Source: Acidimicrobiia bacterium (GTDB taxonomy: Bacteria > Actinomycetota > Acidimicrobiia > Acidimicrobiales > VFJN01). Taken from it: a stretch of 37,773 nucleotides of DNA. This document shows positions 10,810-18,617 of this stretch, in pieces (positions within the stretch are counted from its first letter, which is position 1; each line of letters starts with the position of its first letter). The notes beneath the pieces were generated by a model, which did not search any database, had not been told where the DNA came from, and saw only the letters and a list, made by a program, of their open reading frames with translations. The position numbers and the translations under genes are program-made. The stretch is from the NCBI GenBank assembly GCA_050247895.1, contig JBFWTJ010000002.1:1-37773 (forward strand), written 5' to 3'.

Positions 10810-11894
10810 CAGGAGGAGGCTACGTCGATCGTCCCGCCGGCCACCCGCAGGATCCGCTCGGGCCGGGCCCGCGGCGGCAGCCCGCCGGCGCTGGTCAGCA
10901 GGGCCTGCCCGGGCGGGAGGTTGGCCAGCAGGGCGTCGGCCCGATCGGGGTCGAGCTCGGAGAACACGTCGTCGAGCAGCAGCACGGGCGAGGTGCCCGT
11001 CCGCTCGGTCACCAGCTGGTGGGACGCCAGCCGCAGGGCCAGCGACAGCGAGCGCTGCTCGCCCTGGGAGGCGTGCGTGCGAGCCGGCATGCCGGCGATG
11101 CGCAGCTCGACCTCGTCCCGGTGGGGCCCCACGGTGGACACGCCCCGGCGCAGGTCGTCGCCCCTGGCCGCGGCGAGGGCCTCGGCCAGCCCCGTCGCCT
11201 CGTAGGCGCTCAGGTAGGTCGCGGTGACCTCCCCGGGCCGGCCGGCCACCGCGTCGTAGGTGCCGTCCACGAGCGGGCCGAGCCGCTCCAGGACCTCGCG
11301 CCGGGCCCCGGCCAGCTCGTCGCCGGCCTGGGCCAGCTTGGCGTCCCACACCTCCAGCGTGGTCACCACGTCGTCGGTGGCCCGGCCGCCCGCCTGCTTG
11401 AGCAGGGCGTTGCGCTGGCGCAGCACCCGCTCCACCTCGCCCTGGAGGGCGTCGTTGCGGGGGTGCAGCGCCACCAGCACGCCGTCGAGGTAGCCGCGCC
11501 GCAGCGCCGGCCCGCCCTTGACCAGCTCGAGGTCGTCGGGCGAGAAGACCGTCACCCGCAGCACGCCCAGCAGGTCCTTGGCCCGCTTGAGGGGCTGGCG
11601 GTTGACCAGGACCCGGTTGCGGCCCGCGGTCACGATCTGGGCCTCGACCAGCACGGCCCGCTGCTCGACGTGGCCCTCGGCCCGGACCACGGCGTGGGGC
11701 GTGCCGGCGCGGACCAGCGCCTCGTTGGGCGCGCCCCGGAACGACGCGGTCGACGCGAGCCAGGCCACGGCCTCGAGCAGGTTCGTCTTGCCCTGCCCGT
11801 TGTCGCCCAGGACCGCGGTCAGGCCGGGCGCGAGCGAGACCTCGGCCTGCTCGTAGGACCGGAAGTCGCGGAGCCAGAGGCGCTCGAGCCTCAT
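10809..11894 (-). CDS. recF: DNA replication/repair protein RecF
   Basis: MRLERLWLRDFRSY..., Walker A GDNGQGKTNLLEA, signature SQGEQRSLSLALRLA, Walker B LLLDDVFSELD. Confidence 0.95.
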   Translation of the reverse strand: MRLERLWLRDFRSYEQAEVSLAPGLTAVLGDNGQGKTNLLEAVAWLASTASFRGAPNEALVRAGTPHAVVRAEGHVEQRAVLVEAQIVTAGRNRVLVNRQPLKRAKDLLGVLRVTVFSPDDLELVKGGPALRRGYLDGVLVALHPRNDALQGEVERVLRQRNALLKQAGGRATDDVVTTLEVWDAKLAQAGDELAGARREVLERLGPLVDGTYDAVAGRPGEVTATYLSAYEATGLAEALAAARGDDLRRGVSTVGPHRDEVELRIAGMPARTHASQGEQRSLSLALRLASHQLVTERTGTSPVLLLDDVFSELDPDRADALLANLPPGQALLTSAGGLPPRARPERILRVAGGTIDVASS

Positions 11895-11919
11895 CGGGCG
11901 CGGCCCGGCCGGGACCGGC

Positions 11920-13017
11920 TCAGGACACCCGGACGGGCATCAGCAGGTAGAGGAACTCCGGGTGCTCGGGGCTGCGGACGAGGGCCGGCTTGAGCGCGTC
12001 CACGGTCTCGAGGGTCACCTCGTCGCCCGGGGCGACCTCGATGCCCTGGAGCAGGTAGTCGGGGTTGAAGGCCACCGTGAGCTCGGTGCCCTCGTACTTC
12101 GCGTCGAGCGTCTCGTGGGCCTGGCCGACGTCCTGGGTGACCGCGATCAGCTCCAGGCTCCCGGCCGACATGGCCAGGCGCACCGGCGTCGCCTCCCGGG
12201 CCAGGAGCTTGACCCGTCGCACCGCCTCGAGCAGCGCCTCGCGGCCCACGGTGAGCCGGTTGGGGTGCGACTGGGGGATCAGGCCCCGGTAGTTCGGGAA
12301 CTCGCCCTCGATCAGCACGGTCGTGAGCCGGGTCGAGCCGAGCTCGAACGCCGCGTCGCGCTCGCCCAGGCGGACGGTGAGGGAGCCGTCGGTGCCCCCC
12401 AGCAGCCGGGAGAGCTCGCCCAGGGCCCGCGACGGGACGAGCACGTGCTGGCCCTCGGCGAGCACGGAGGTGCCGGGCAGGTCGCGCACCGCGAGGCGGA
12501 AGCTGTCGGTCGCCACCAGGCGGAGGCCCTCGGGCTCGGCGGCGACCAGCACGCCGGTGAGGATGGGCCGGGCGTCGTCACGCGACGCGGCCGGCACGAC
12601 CTGGGCCAGCGCGGCGGCCAGCTCCGTGCTGGCCAGCGACACCGGCTCGCCGGTCGGCTCGGCGACGCGGGGGAACTCGTCGGCGGGCAGCACCCGGAGG
12701 CTGAACTCCGAGCGGCCGGCCGAGATGCGGGCCTCGTCGTCGTCGACCGCGACGTCGACCGCGCCCGGGGGCAGGGCCCGCACGATCTCCGACGCCAGCC
12801 GGGCCGGCAGCACCGCGACCCCGTCCTGCTCGCCGGCGACCTCGGCGCCCACCGAGATCGTCAGCTCGAGGTCGGTGCCGGTCAGCCGGAGCTGCGAGCC
12901 GGTGAGCTCCGCCCGCACGCCGGACAGGACCGGGAGCGAACCGCCCCGGGCCATCGTGGCGCGCCCGGCGCTGCCCAGGGCCTCGACGAGGACATCGCGC
13001 TCGCATCGGAACTTCAC
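11920..13017 (-). CDS. dnaN: DNA polymerase III beta sliding clamp
   Basis: 365 aa, GTG start; MKFRCERDVLVEAL...LPVLSGV...LTGTDLEL, with the typical three-domain length and C-terminus LLMPVRV. Confidence 0.95.
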   Translation of the reverse strand: MKFRCERDVLVEALGSAGRATMARGGSLPVLSGVRAELTGSQLRLTGTDLELTISVGAEVAGEQDGVAVLPARLASEIVRALPPGAVDVAVDDDEARISAGRSEFSLRVLPADEFPRVAEPTGEPVSLASTELAAALAQVVPAASRDDARPILTGVLVAAEPEGLRLVATDSFRLAVRDLPGTSVLAEGQHVLVPSRALGELSRLLGGTDGSLTVRLGERDAAFELGSTRLTTVLIEGEFPNYRGLIPQSHPNRLTVGREALLEAVRRVKLLAREATPVRLAMSAGSLELIAVTQDVGQAHETLDAKYEGTELTVAFNPDYLLQGIEVAPGDEVTLETVDALKPALVRSPEHPEFLYLLMPVRVS

Positions 13018-13264
13018 CGGCCTGCTCGCTTTCTACCTAGATCCTTTGAATTCTCGAAGGGAAGTGGTGGTAGGGGCTGTGGATTGTGGACGGATCCGCA
13101 TCGGGCCAGGTCAGCACCGTCGCGGCGATCCACGCCACGTCCCCAGGCTCCCACAGGGTCGCGCCGGTCGCGGGGTTCGCGGCCCGGTGCGGGCCAGGTT
13201 GCCCACAGGGGGCCGACAGGCCGTCCCCGTGAGATCCGGGCCGGTCCACAGGCGTTGTGGAACA
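13018..13264. other. candidate oriC (dnaA-dnaN intergenic DnaA-box cluster plus AT-rich element)
   Basis: Seven DnaA-box-like 9-mers against TTGTCCACA/TTATCCACA: TGTGGATTG 13078-86, TGTGGACGG 13085-93, ATCCACG 13128-34, GCTCCCACA 13147-55, TTGCCCACA 13199-207, CGGTCCACA 13242-50, TGTGGAACA 13256-64. A 36-nt stretch at 13028-13063 is about 42% GC by hand count. Confidence 0.6.
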
Positions 13265-14665
13265 TCACGCCGACCTGATCGTCTGGACCAGCTCGGTGAC
13301 CTGGTCGTAGATGGCGCGCTGGGTCCGCATCTGGGTCGAGATCTTCTCCACGGCGTGGATGACCGTCGTGTGGTCGCGCCCGCCGAACTCCCGGGCGATG
13401 GCCGGGTAGCTGAGGTCGGTGAGCTCCCGGAAGACGTACATGGCGATCTGCCGGGCCGTGACCAGGGGTCGCTGGCGCTTCTTGCCCATGATCTCGTCGA
13501 TCTCGAAGCCGAACATCTCGGCCGTGGCGGCGAGGATGACCTTGGGGGTGATCGGCCGGGGCTGGCGGTCGGTCAGCAGGTCGGACAGGACCCGGGCCGC
13601 GGTGTCGTCGGTCAGCTTCTCGTCGGTGAGGTTGGCGAACGCCGCCACCCGGATGAGCGCGCCCTCCAGCACCCGGATGTTGTCGGTGATGTTGGCCGCG
13701 ATGTACTCGAGGACCTCGGGCGGGATGCTGGTGGTCTCCCGCTCGGCCTTGTTGCGCAGGATGGCGAGGCGGGTCTCGAGGTCGGGTGGTTGGATGTCGG
13801 TGATCAGGCCCATCTTGAACCGGCTGCGGAGCCTGTCCTCCAGGGTCCCGATGGCGTCGGGCGGGCGGTCCGAGGAGAGCACGATCTGGCGGTTCGCCTG
13901 GTGGAGGTGGTTGAAGGTGTGGAAGAACTCCTCCTGGGTCTCCTTCTTCCCCTCGATGAACTGGATGTCGTCGACCAGCAGCACGTCGATGTCCCGGTAG
14001 CGGCGCTTGAAGGCGTCGTTGGTCTGGGTGCGGACGGCGTCGATGAACTCGTTCAGGAACGTCTCGGATGTGACGTACCGGACGCGGTACGTCGGGTAGT
14101 TCTCCCGGACGTAGTGGCTGATGGCCTGGAGCAGGTGCGTCTTGCCCAGGCCGGCGTCGCCGTAGACGAACAGCGGGTTGTACTTGCGGGCCGGCGTCTC
14201 GGCCACGGCCAGGGCGGCGGCGTGGGCGAAGCGGTTCGAGGCGCCGATGACGAAGGTGTCGAAGGTGTAGCGGGGAGCCCCGTCCAACCCGCCGTCGGCG
14301 CTGCCCGGCGCGGGTTCGGCACCGTTGGCGCTGGGTGCGGCGGGTTCGGCCGCCGTGGTGTTGGGGCTGTCCCAGGCCGGTTGGGCGTCGGCGACGTTGA
14401 TCTCCAGGACCAGCTCCAGGTCACCGGCCCCGATCTCCTCCAGGGCGTCGCGGACCAGGGAGAGGTACCGCCCCTCGATCCGCTCCTTGGCCAGGAACGA
14501 CGGGACCGACAGCGTGAGCGAGTCCTCGGTCAGCGCCACCGGGACCGCCGACTCGAACGAGGTGAGCCACACCGGCTCGGAGACCTGCGCCCGGAGCAGC
14601 CCGGCGCACTCGTCCCACAGCCGTTGCGCGTCGCTCACAGTCGGCCGTCGCCTCCGCTGATCCAT
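13265..14665 (-). CDS. dnaA: chromosomal replication initiator DnaA
   Basis: AAA+ core GDAGLGKTHLLQAI, DIDVLLVDDIQF, and C-terminal DNA-binding domain ...REFGGRDHTTVIHA. The start is ambiguous: ATG 14665 (used here), GTG 14638 (GGAGG 12 nt upstream, VSDAQRLWDEC), or GTG 14686 (longest ORF). Confidence 0.93.
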   Translation of the reverse strand: MDQRRRRPTVSDAQRLWDECAGLLRAQVSEPVWLTSFESAVPVALTEDSLTLSVPSFLAKERIEGRYLSLVRDALEEIGAGDLELVLEINVADAQPAWDSPNTTAAEPAAPSANGAEPAPGSADGGLDGAPRYTFDTFVIGASNRFAHAAALAVAETPARKYNPLFVYGDAGLGKTHLLQAISHYVRENYPTYRVRYVTSETFLNEFIDAVRTQTNDAFKRRYRDIDVLLVDDIQFIEGKKETQEEFFHTFNHLHQANRQIVLSSDRPPDAIGTLEDRLRSRFKMGLITDIQPPDLETRLAILRNKAERETTSIPPEVLEYIAANITDNIRVLEGALIRVAAFANLTDEKLTDDTAARVLSDLLTDRQPRPITPKVILAATAEMFGFEIDEIMGKKRQRPLVTARQIAMYVFRELTDLSYPAIAREFGGRDHTTVIHAVEKISTQMRTQRAIYDQVTELVQTIRSA

Positions 14666-14666
14666 G

Positions 14667-14698
14667 GCGTCCACAAGGACGTCCACACCTGTGGAAAA
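14667..14698. promoter_or_regulatory. three clustered DnaA-box-like sites at the dnaA 5' end
   Basis: GCGTCCACA 14667-75 and ACGTCCACA 14679-87 on plus, TGTGGAAAA 14690-98 (= TTTTCCACA on minus). The last two form TCCACAcctGTGGA. Position fits dnaA autoregulation or a second origin module. Confidence 0.5.
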
Positions 14699-15131
14699 GA
14701 GAAAAGTGGTGGGCGGCTCGACAGGCGCTCACCACGGGTACCGGGGTCGCCGCCAACGCTTCGGGTGATCGACAGCGAGCCGCTCCCCACGCCGACGGTC
14801 GGAGCACCGTAGCACCCGGATTCCCCCGCTCTGCAAGGGTCGGGACGGGCCAGGTGGCGTTTCCCCACGTCAGGCGGCATGGGAGATCCACCACCGGAGT
14901 CACGTGGCCTGCTACGAGCGGTGGCCGGCCCGGGTTGCCCCGACCAGCCCGTCACATCTAGCGTTTCCGGGCACCCGACGTGCGGGACACCGTCGCGTCG
15001 TGAGCTCGAAGCAGTGATCTGTCGACACCCCGCTCGACCCGCCTCGTGAGGTCGGGACGTCGCCGGTCGGCCAACCCCCTCGGTTGGCCGGGAGCAGCCC
15101 CGGCGGGATCGGCCAGCAGGAGGCCCGAGAA

Positions 15132-15266
15132 GTGAAGCGCACGTTCCAGCCCAACAACCGCCGCAGGGCCTCGCGCCACGGCTTCCGCCACCGCATGGCC
15201 GACCGCGCCGGTCGGGCCATCCTGCGGGCGCGCCGGCTCAAGGGCCGCAAGCGCCTGTCGGCGTGA
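15132..15266 (+). CDS. rpmH: 50S ribosomal protein L34
   Basis: GTG 15132 preceded by AGGAGG (8-nt spacer). [44 protein letters not shown] is 44 aa and canonical L34. Confidence 0.92.
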   Translation: MKRTFQPNNRRRASRHGFRHRMADRAGRAILRARRLKGRKRLSA

Positions 15267-15310
15267 CCTCGCCGCCGGAGGCACGAGACGGCCGGTCGTA
15301 GCGGCACGCC

Positions 15311-15712
15311 ATGGTCGACGGGTCAGCGCTGTTGATGGCTGCCCCCGAGGTCTCCCCCGGCCCGGGTGCCGCCGTGTGGCGCGTCCGGGACCGGGCGTCG
15401 CTGGCCGCCCTGCGTCGCACCGGCGCGCGGGCCCGGCGCGGTCCGCTTGCCGTCAGCTGGATCCCGGCCCCGGCCGACGTGCCACCCCGGGTGGCCTTCG
15501 CGATCCCGCGGCGGTCCGGTGGGGCCGTGGTCCGCAACCGCATCCGCCGGCGCCTGCGCGCCGCCTGCGCGGCGCTGCGTCGCGACGGCCGGCTCGCAGC
15601 GGGGACCTACCTGCTGGTCGGCGAGGGCGAGCTGGCCCGGCTGCCCTGGGTCGAGCTGGTCGAGCTGGTCGAGCGCACGACGCGGGCCGCCATCGCCCGG
15701 GGGACCCCGTGA
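15311..15712 (+). CDS. rnpA: ribonuclease P protein component
   Basis: RNR motif [14 protein letters not shown]; position directly after rpmH. The start (ATG 15311) is uncertain. The TGA overlaps the yidD GTG (GTGA). Confidence 0.85.
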   Translation: MVDGSALLMAAPEVSPGPGAAVWRVRDRASLAALRRTGARARRGPLAVSWIPAPADVPPRVAFAIPRRSGGAVVRNRIRRRLRAACAALRRDGRLAAGTYLLVGEGELARLPWVELVELVERTTRAAIARGTP

Positions 15713-15963
15713 CGCCGCCGGCACGGCTGCTGCACCTCGGCGTCAGGGGCTACCGGGCCGCCACCCGGGGACGCCCCTCGCCCTGCCGCTTCGACCCGTC
15801 GTGCTCCACCTACGCCCTGGAGGCGCTCGAGGTGCACGGTGCCCTGCGCGGTTCGTGGCTGACCATCCGGCGGCTGGGCCGCTGCCACCCGTGGGGGGGC
15901 TCGGGGTGGGACCCCGTGCCTGCCGGCCCCCACCCCACGGCGAACGATCGAAAGGCGAACTGA
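15709..15963 (+). CDS. yidD: membrane protein insertion efficiency factor YidD
   Basis: 84 aa; [17 protein letters not shown]...[23 protein letters not shown] is the YidD signature. The start overlaps the rnpA stop, and the TGA shares one nt with the yidC ATG. Confidence 0.85.
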   Translation: MTPPARLLHLGVRGYRAATRGRPSPCRFDPSCSTYALEALEVHGALRGSWLTIRRLGRCHPWGGSGWDPVPAGPHPTANDRKAN

Positions 15964-16973
15964 TGTTCGATTGGCTCTTCGAGGCCATCGCCAAGACCCT
16001 GAGCTTCTTCTACGAGCTCATCCCCAACTACGCGATCGCCATCGCGCTCCTGACCGTGACGATCATGATCGTCACCACGCCGTTCACCCTCAAGGGGACC
16101 CGGAGCATGATCCAGCTCCAGATCCTCCAGCCCGAGATGCGGCGCCTCCAGGTCAAGTACAAGGACGACCGGGCCAAGCTCAACGAAGAGCTGATGGCCT
16201 TCTACAAGGAGAACAACCTCAACCCCCTGGGCGGTTGCCTCCCCATGCTGCTCCAGGCCCCCATCTTCCTGGTGCTCTACCGGGTCATCAGCGGGCTGAC
16301 GAACCGGGTCGACGGGGTCTTCGAGCCCAGGTACCTCGACGACGGCAGCGCCCTGAACGTGGCCCTGAGCGGGGCCCGGGAGATGATGTCCTTCGGCGTC
16401 GACCTTGCCGAGAGCGCCGGGGACTCCCTGGCCGACGGCTTCGTGCACGGCCTCCCCCACCTGGTGCTGGTGGCCATCGTGGCCGTCACGTCCTACTTCC
16501 AGCAGCGCCAGATCCAGTCCCGCAACCCCAACGCCGAGATCCCGCCCCAGCAGAAGATGCTGATGCGGATCTTCCCGGCGATGTTCGTCTTCATCTCGTT
16601 CTTCGCCCCGTCGGCGATCGTCGTGTACTTCGTGGTGTCGAACCTGTTCCGGATCGGCATCCAGGCCTACATCACGCGCAGCCTGTACCACGGGGAGAAC
16701 TCGCTCGGCGCCCGGGCCCAGGCCGCGGCGGCCGAGGCCCGCAAGATCAACAAGGACAGCGGTCAGCGCTCCGAGGTGCTGCCCCGGCTGTCCAAGGCCG
16801 ACCGGGAGGAGCGGGCCCGGGCCGCGGCCGAGCGCCGGGCGGCCAAGGACGTCGAGGGTGACGACGAGGACGACGACGCCAGGTCGAACGGGTCGGGAGG
16901 CGCTCCCCCACCGACACGGCGCACGTCGGGCGCGGCGCAGAACCGGTCCAAGAAGAAGAAGCGGCGGAGGTAG
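15963..16973 (+). CDS. yidC: membrane protein insertase YidC (short actinobacterial form)
   Basis: [37 protein letters not shown]..., LQPEMRRLQVKYKDDRAKLNEELMAFYKENNLNPLGGCLPMLLQAPIF. Ends in a basic C-terminal tail. Confidence 0.9.
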   Translation: MFDWLFEAIAKTLSFFYELIPNYAIAIALLTVTIMIVTTPFTLKGTRSMIQLQILQPEMRRLQVKYKDDRAKLNEELMAFYKENNLNPLGGCLPMLLQAPIFLVLYRVISGLTNRVDGVFEPRYLDDGSALNVALSGAREMMSFGVDLAESAGDSLADGFVHGLPHLVLVAIVAVTSYFQQRQIQSRNPNAEIPPQQKMLMRIFPAMFVFISFFAPSAIVVYFVVSNLFRIGIQAYITRSLYHGENSLGARAQAAAAEARKINKDSGQRSEVLPRLSKADREERARAAAERRAAKDVEGDDEDDDARSNGSGGAPPPTRRTSGAAQNRSKKKKRRR

Positions 16974-16977
16974 CCCC

Positions 16978-17955
16978 GTGGAGTGGGTCGAGACCACGGC
17001 CAAGACGCTCGAGGAAGCCAAGGAGCTCGCCCTCGATCAGCTCGGCATCGACGACGACGACGCCGAGTTCGAGGTCGTCGAGGAGCCGCGCCCCGGCCTG
17101 TTCGGCCGGATGCGGGGCGAGGCCCGGGTCAGGGCGCGGGTGCGCCCGGTCCTGGCTCGACCCAAGGTCGAGCGACGCGACCGGCGCAAGGGGCGTGACG
17201 GCCGGGGCCGCGAGGGACGGTCGCACAAGAAGGACGACCGGCCCGGCGGCCGCCAGGAGGCGTCCCCCGGCGACGACACGGCGCCCGACAGCGCCGTCGA
17301 CACCGCCGACAACACGGTTGCGGAGACGCCGACCGCTGCCGACGAGGACCGTGGCCCGGACCGAGCCAGGACGTCCGAGCCCGTGGCGCGCGCCGGGCGC
17401 AAGGCCGCCCGCGCGCCCCGGGGCCGGGACCGCACCGGCGCCAGTCGCACCGCACACGAGGAAGAAGGATCGGAGGAGCCCGTGACCGAGCTCGAGCTAG
17501 CGGCGCAGGGGGAGGTCGTCCGGAACTTCCTGGGCGACCTCCTGGACGCCTTCGACGTGGATGGTGAGGTGACCCTGACCAACCCCGACGACCAGACGAT
17601 CGAGGCGGCGGTGACCGGGTCGGACCTGGGCCTGCTCATCGGGCCCAAGGGCCAGACGCTCCAGGCCGTCCAAGAGCTGTGCCGCAGCGTGGTCCAGCGC
17701 CAGCGGCCGGGCGAGAACCACGCCCGCCTGAGGGTGGACGTGGCCGGCTACCGGGAGCGGCGCCGTGAGGCCCTCGAGCGCTTCGCCCGGGACGTGGCGC
17801 AGCAGGTGAGGGACTCGGGCCAGCCCCGGGCCCTGGAGGCCATGCCGCCGCCGGATCGCAAGATCGTGCACGACGCCCTGAACGACGTGGAGGGCGTGGT
17901 GACCTCGTCGGAGGGCGAGGAGCCCCGCCGTCGGGTGGTGGTCTCCCCCGCGTGA
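16978..17955 (+). CDS. jag: Jag/KhpB-type RNA-binding protein (Jag_N, KH, R3H)
   Basis: GTG 16978 with GGAGG 7 nt upstream. VEWVETTAKTLEEAKELALDQLGI (Jag_N), LIGPKGQTLQAVQ (KH GxxG), DRKIVHDALNDVEGVVTSSEGEEPRRRVVV (R3H). Confidence 0.87.
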   Translation: MEWVETTAKTLEEAKELALDQLGIDDDDAEFEVVEEPRPGLFGRMRGEARVRARVRPVLARPKVERRDRRKGRDGRGREGRSHKKDDRPGGRQEASPGDDTAPDSAVDTADNTVAETPTAADEDRGPDRARTSEPVARAGRKAARAPRGRDRTGASRTAHEEEGSEEPVTELELAAQGEVVRNFLGDLLDAFDVDGEVTLTNPDDQTIEAAVTGSDLGLLIGPKGQTLQAVQELCRSVVQRQRPGENHARLRVDVAGYRERRREALERFARDVAQQVRDSGQPRALEAMPPPDRKIVHDALNDVEGVVTSSEGEEPRRRVVVSPA

Positions 17956-17966
17956 GGCAGGTGTCC

Positions 17967-17999
17967 GCAGGGATGCGCCGGTGAGCGGCGCATCCCTGC
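17967..17999 (+). promoter_or_regulatory. perfect 14-bp hairpin enclosing the rsmG start codon in its 5-nt loop
   Basis: GCAGGGATGCGCCG (17967-80) / GTGAG / CGGCGCATCCCTGC (17986-99). The loop GTG (17981-83) is the only in-frame start for rsmG. The weak SD AGGGA lies in the left arm. The jag stop is 12 nt upstream. Confidence 0.55.
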
Positions 18000-18583
18000 T
18001 CGAGGTGCTGGCGACCGGCCGCGAGCGGGGCTTCGTCGGTCCCACACCGTTCGAGGACCAGGTCGCCCACGCCGAGGGCTTCGTCGCCGCCCTCGAAGGC
18101 GTGGTCGGGAGGGTGGTCGACCTGGGCAGCGGTGGCGGCCTGCCCGGGCTCGTGGTTGCCGTGCGGCGACCCGACCTCGACGTGGTGCTGGTGGATGCCG
18201 TCGAGCGCCGCTGCACCTTCCTGGCCGAGGCGATCGAACGGCTGGGCCTGATCCGGGCGTCGACCTGGCACGGCCGGGCCGAGGACCTGGGCCGAGGTCC
18301 GCTCCGGGGTTCGGCCGGTGCGGTGACGGCACGGTCGTTCGGCCCACCGGCGGCCACCGCCGAGTGCGCTGCACCCCTCCTGCAGGTCGGTGGCGTGCTG
18401 GTGGTCAGCGAGCCGCCGGACGAGCGGGAGCGGTGGCCGGGCGAGGGCCTGGCCCTGCTCGGCCTCGAGCCCCGGTCGACGGTTGCCGAACCGTTCCACT
18501 ACCGGGTGCTCGTGCAGCGGGAGCTCTGCCCCGAGCGGTTCCCCCGGCGACCCGGTCTCCCCTTCCGCCGCCCGCTCTTCTGA
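17981..18583 (+). CDS. rsmG: 16S rRNA (guanine527-N7)-methyltransferase RsmG (GidB)
   Basis: 200 aa; SAM motif VVDLGSGGGLPGLVVA, plus the conserved position after jag. Confidence 0.87.
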   Translation: MSGASLLEVLATGRERGFVGPTPFEDQVAHAEGFVAALEGVVGRVVDLGSGGGLPGLVVAVRRPDLDVVLVDAVERRCTFLAEAIERLGLIRASTWHGRAEDLGRGPLRGSAGAVTARSFGPPAATAECAAPLLQVGGVLVVSEPPDERERWPGEGLALLGLEPRSTVAEPFHYRVLVQRELCPERFPRRPGLPFRRPLF

Positions 18584-18597
18584 TCCCCCGCTCGTCC

Positions 18598-18613
18598 TGT
18601 TCCACGTGGAACG
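18598..18613. promoter_or_regulatory. parS-like site 1 (TGTTCCACGTGGAACG)
   Basis: Perfect 14-bp palindrome GTTCCACGTGGAAC at 18599-18612; 14/16 to canonical tGTTTCACGTGAAACa, with symmetric T>C / A>G changes. It lies in the 34-nt convergent gap and is embedded in an outer inverted repeat CGTCCTG...CAGGACG. Confidence 0.6.
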
Positions 18614-18617
18614 TCGG

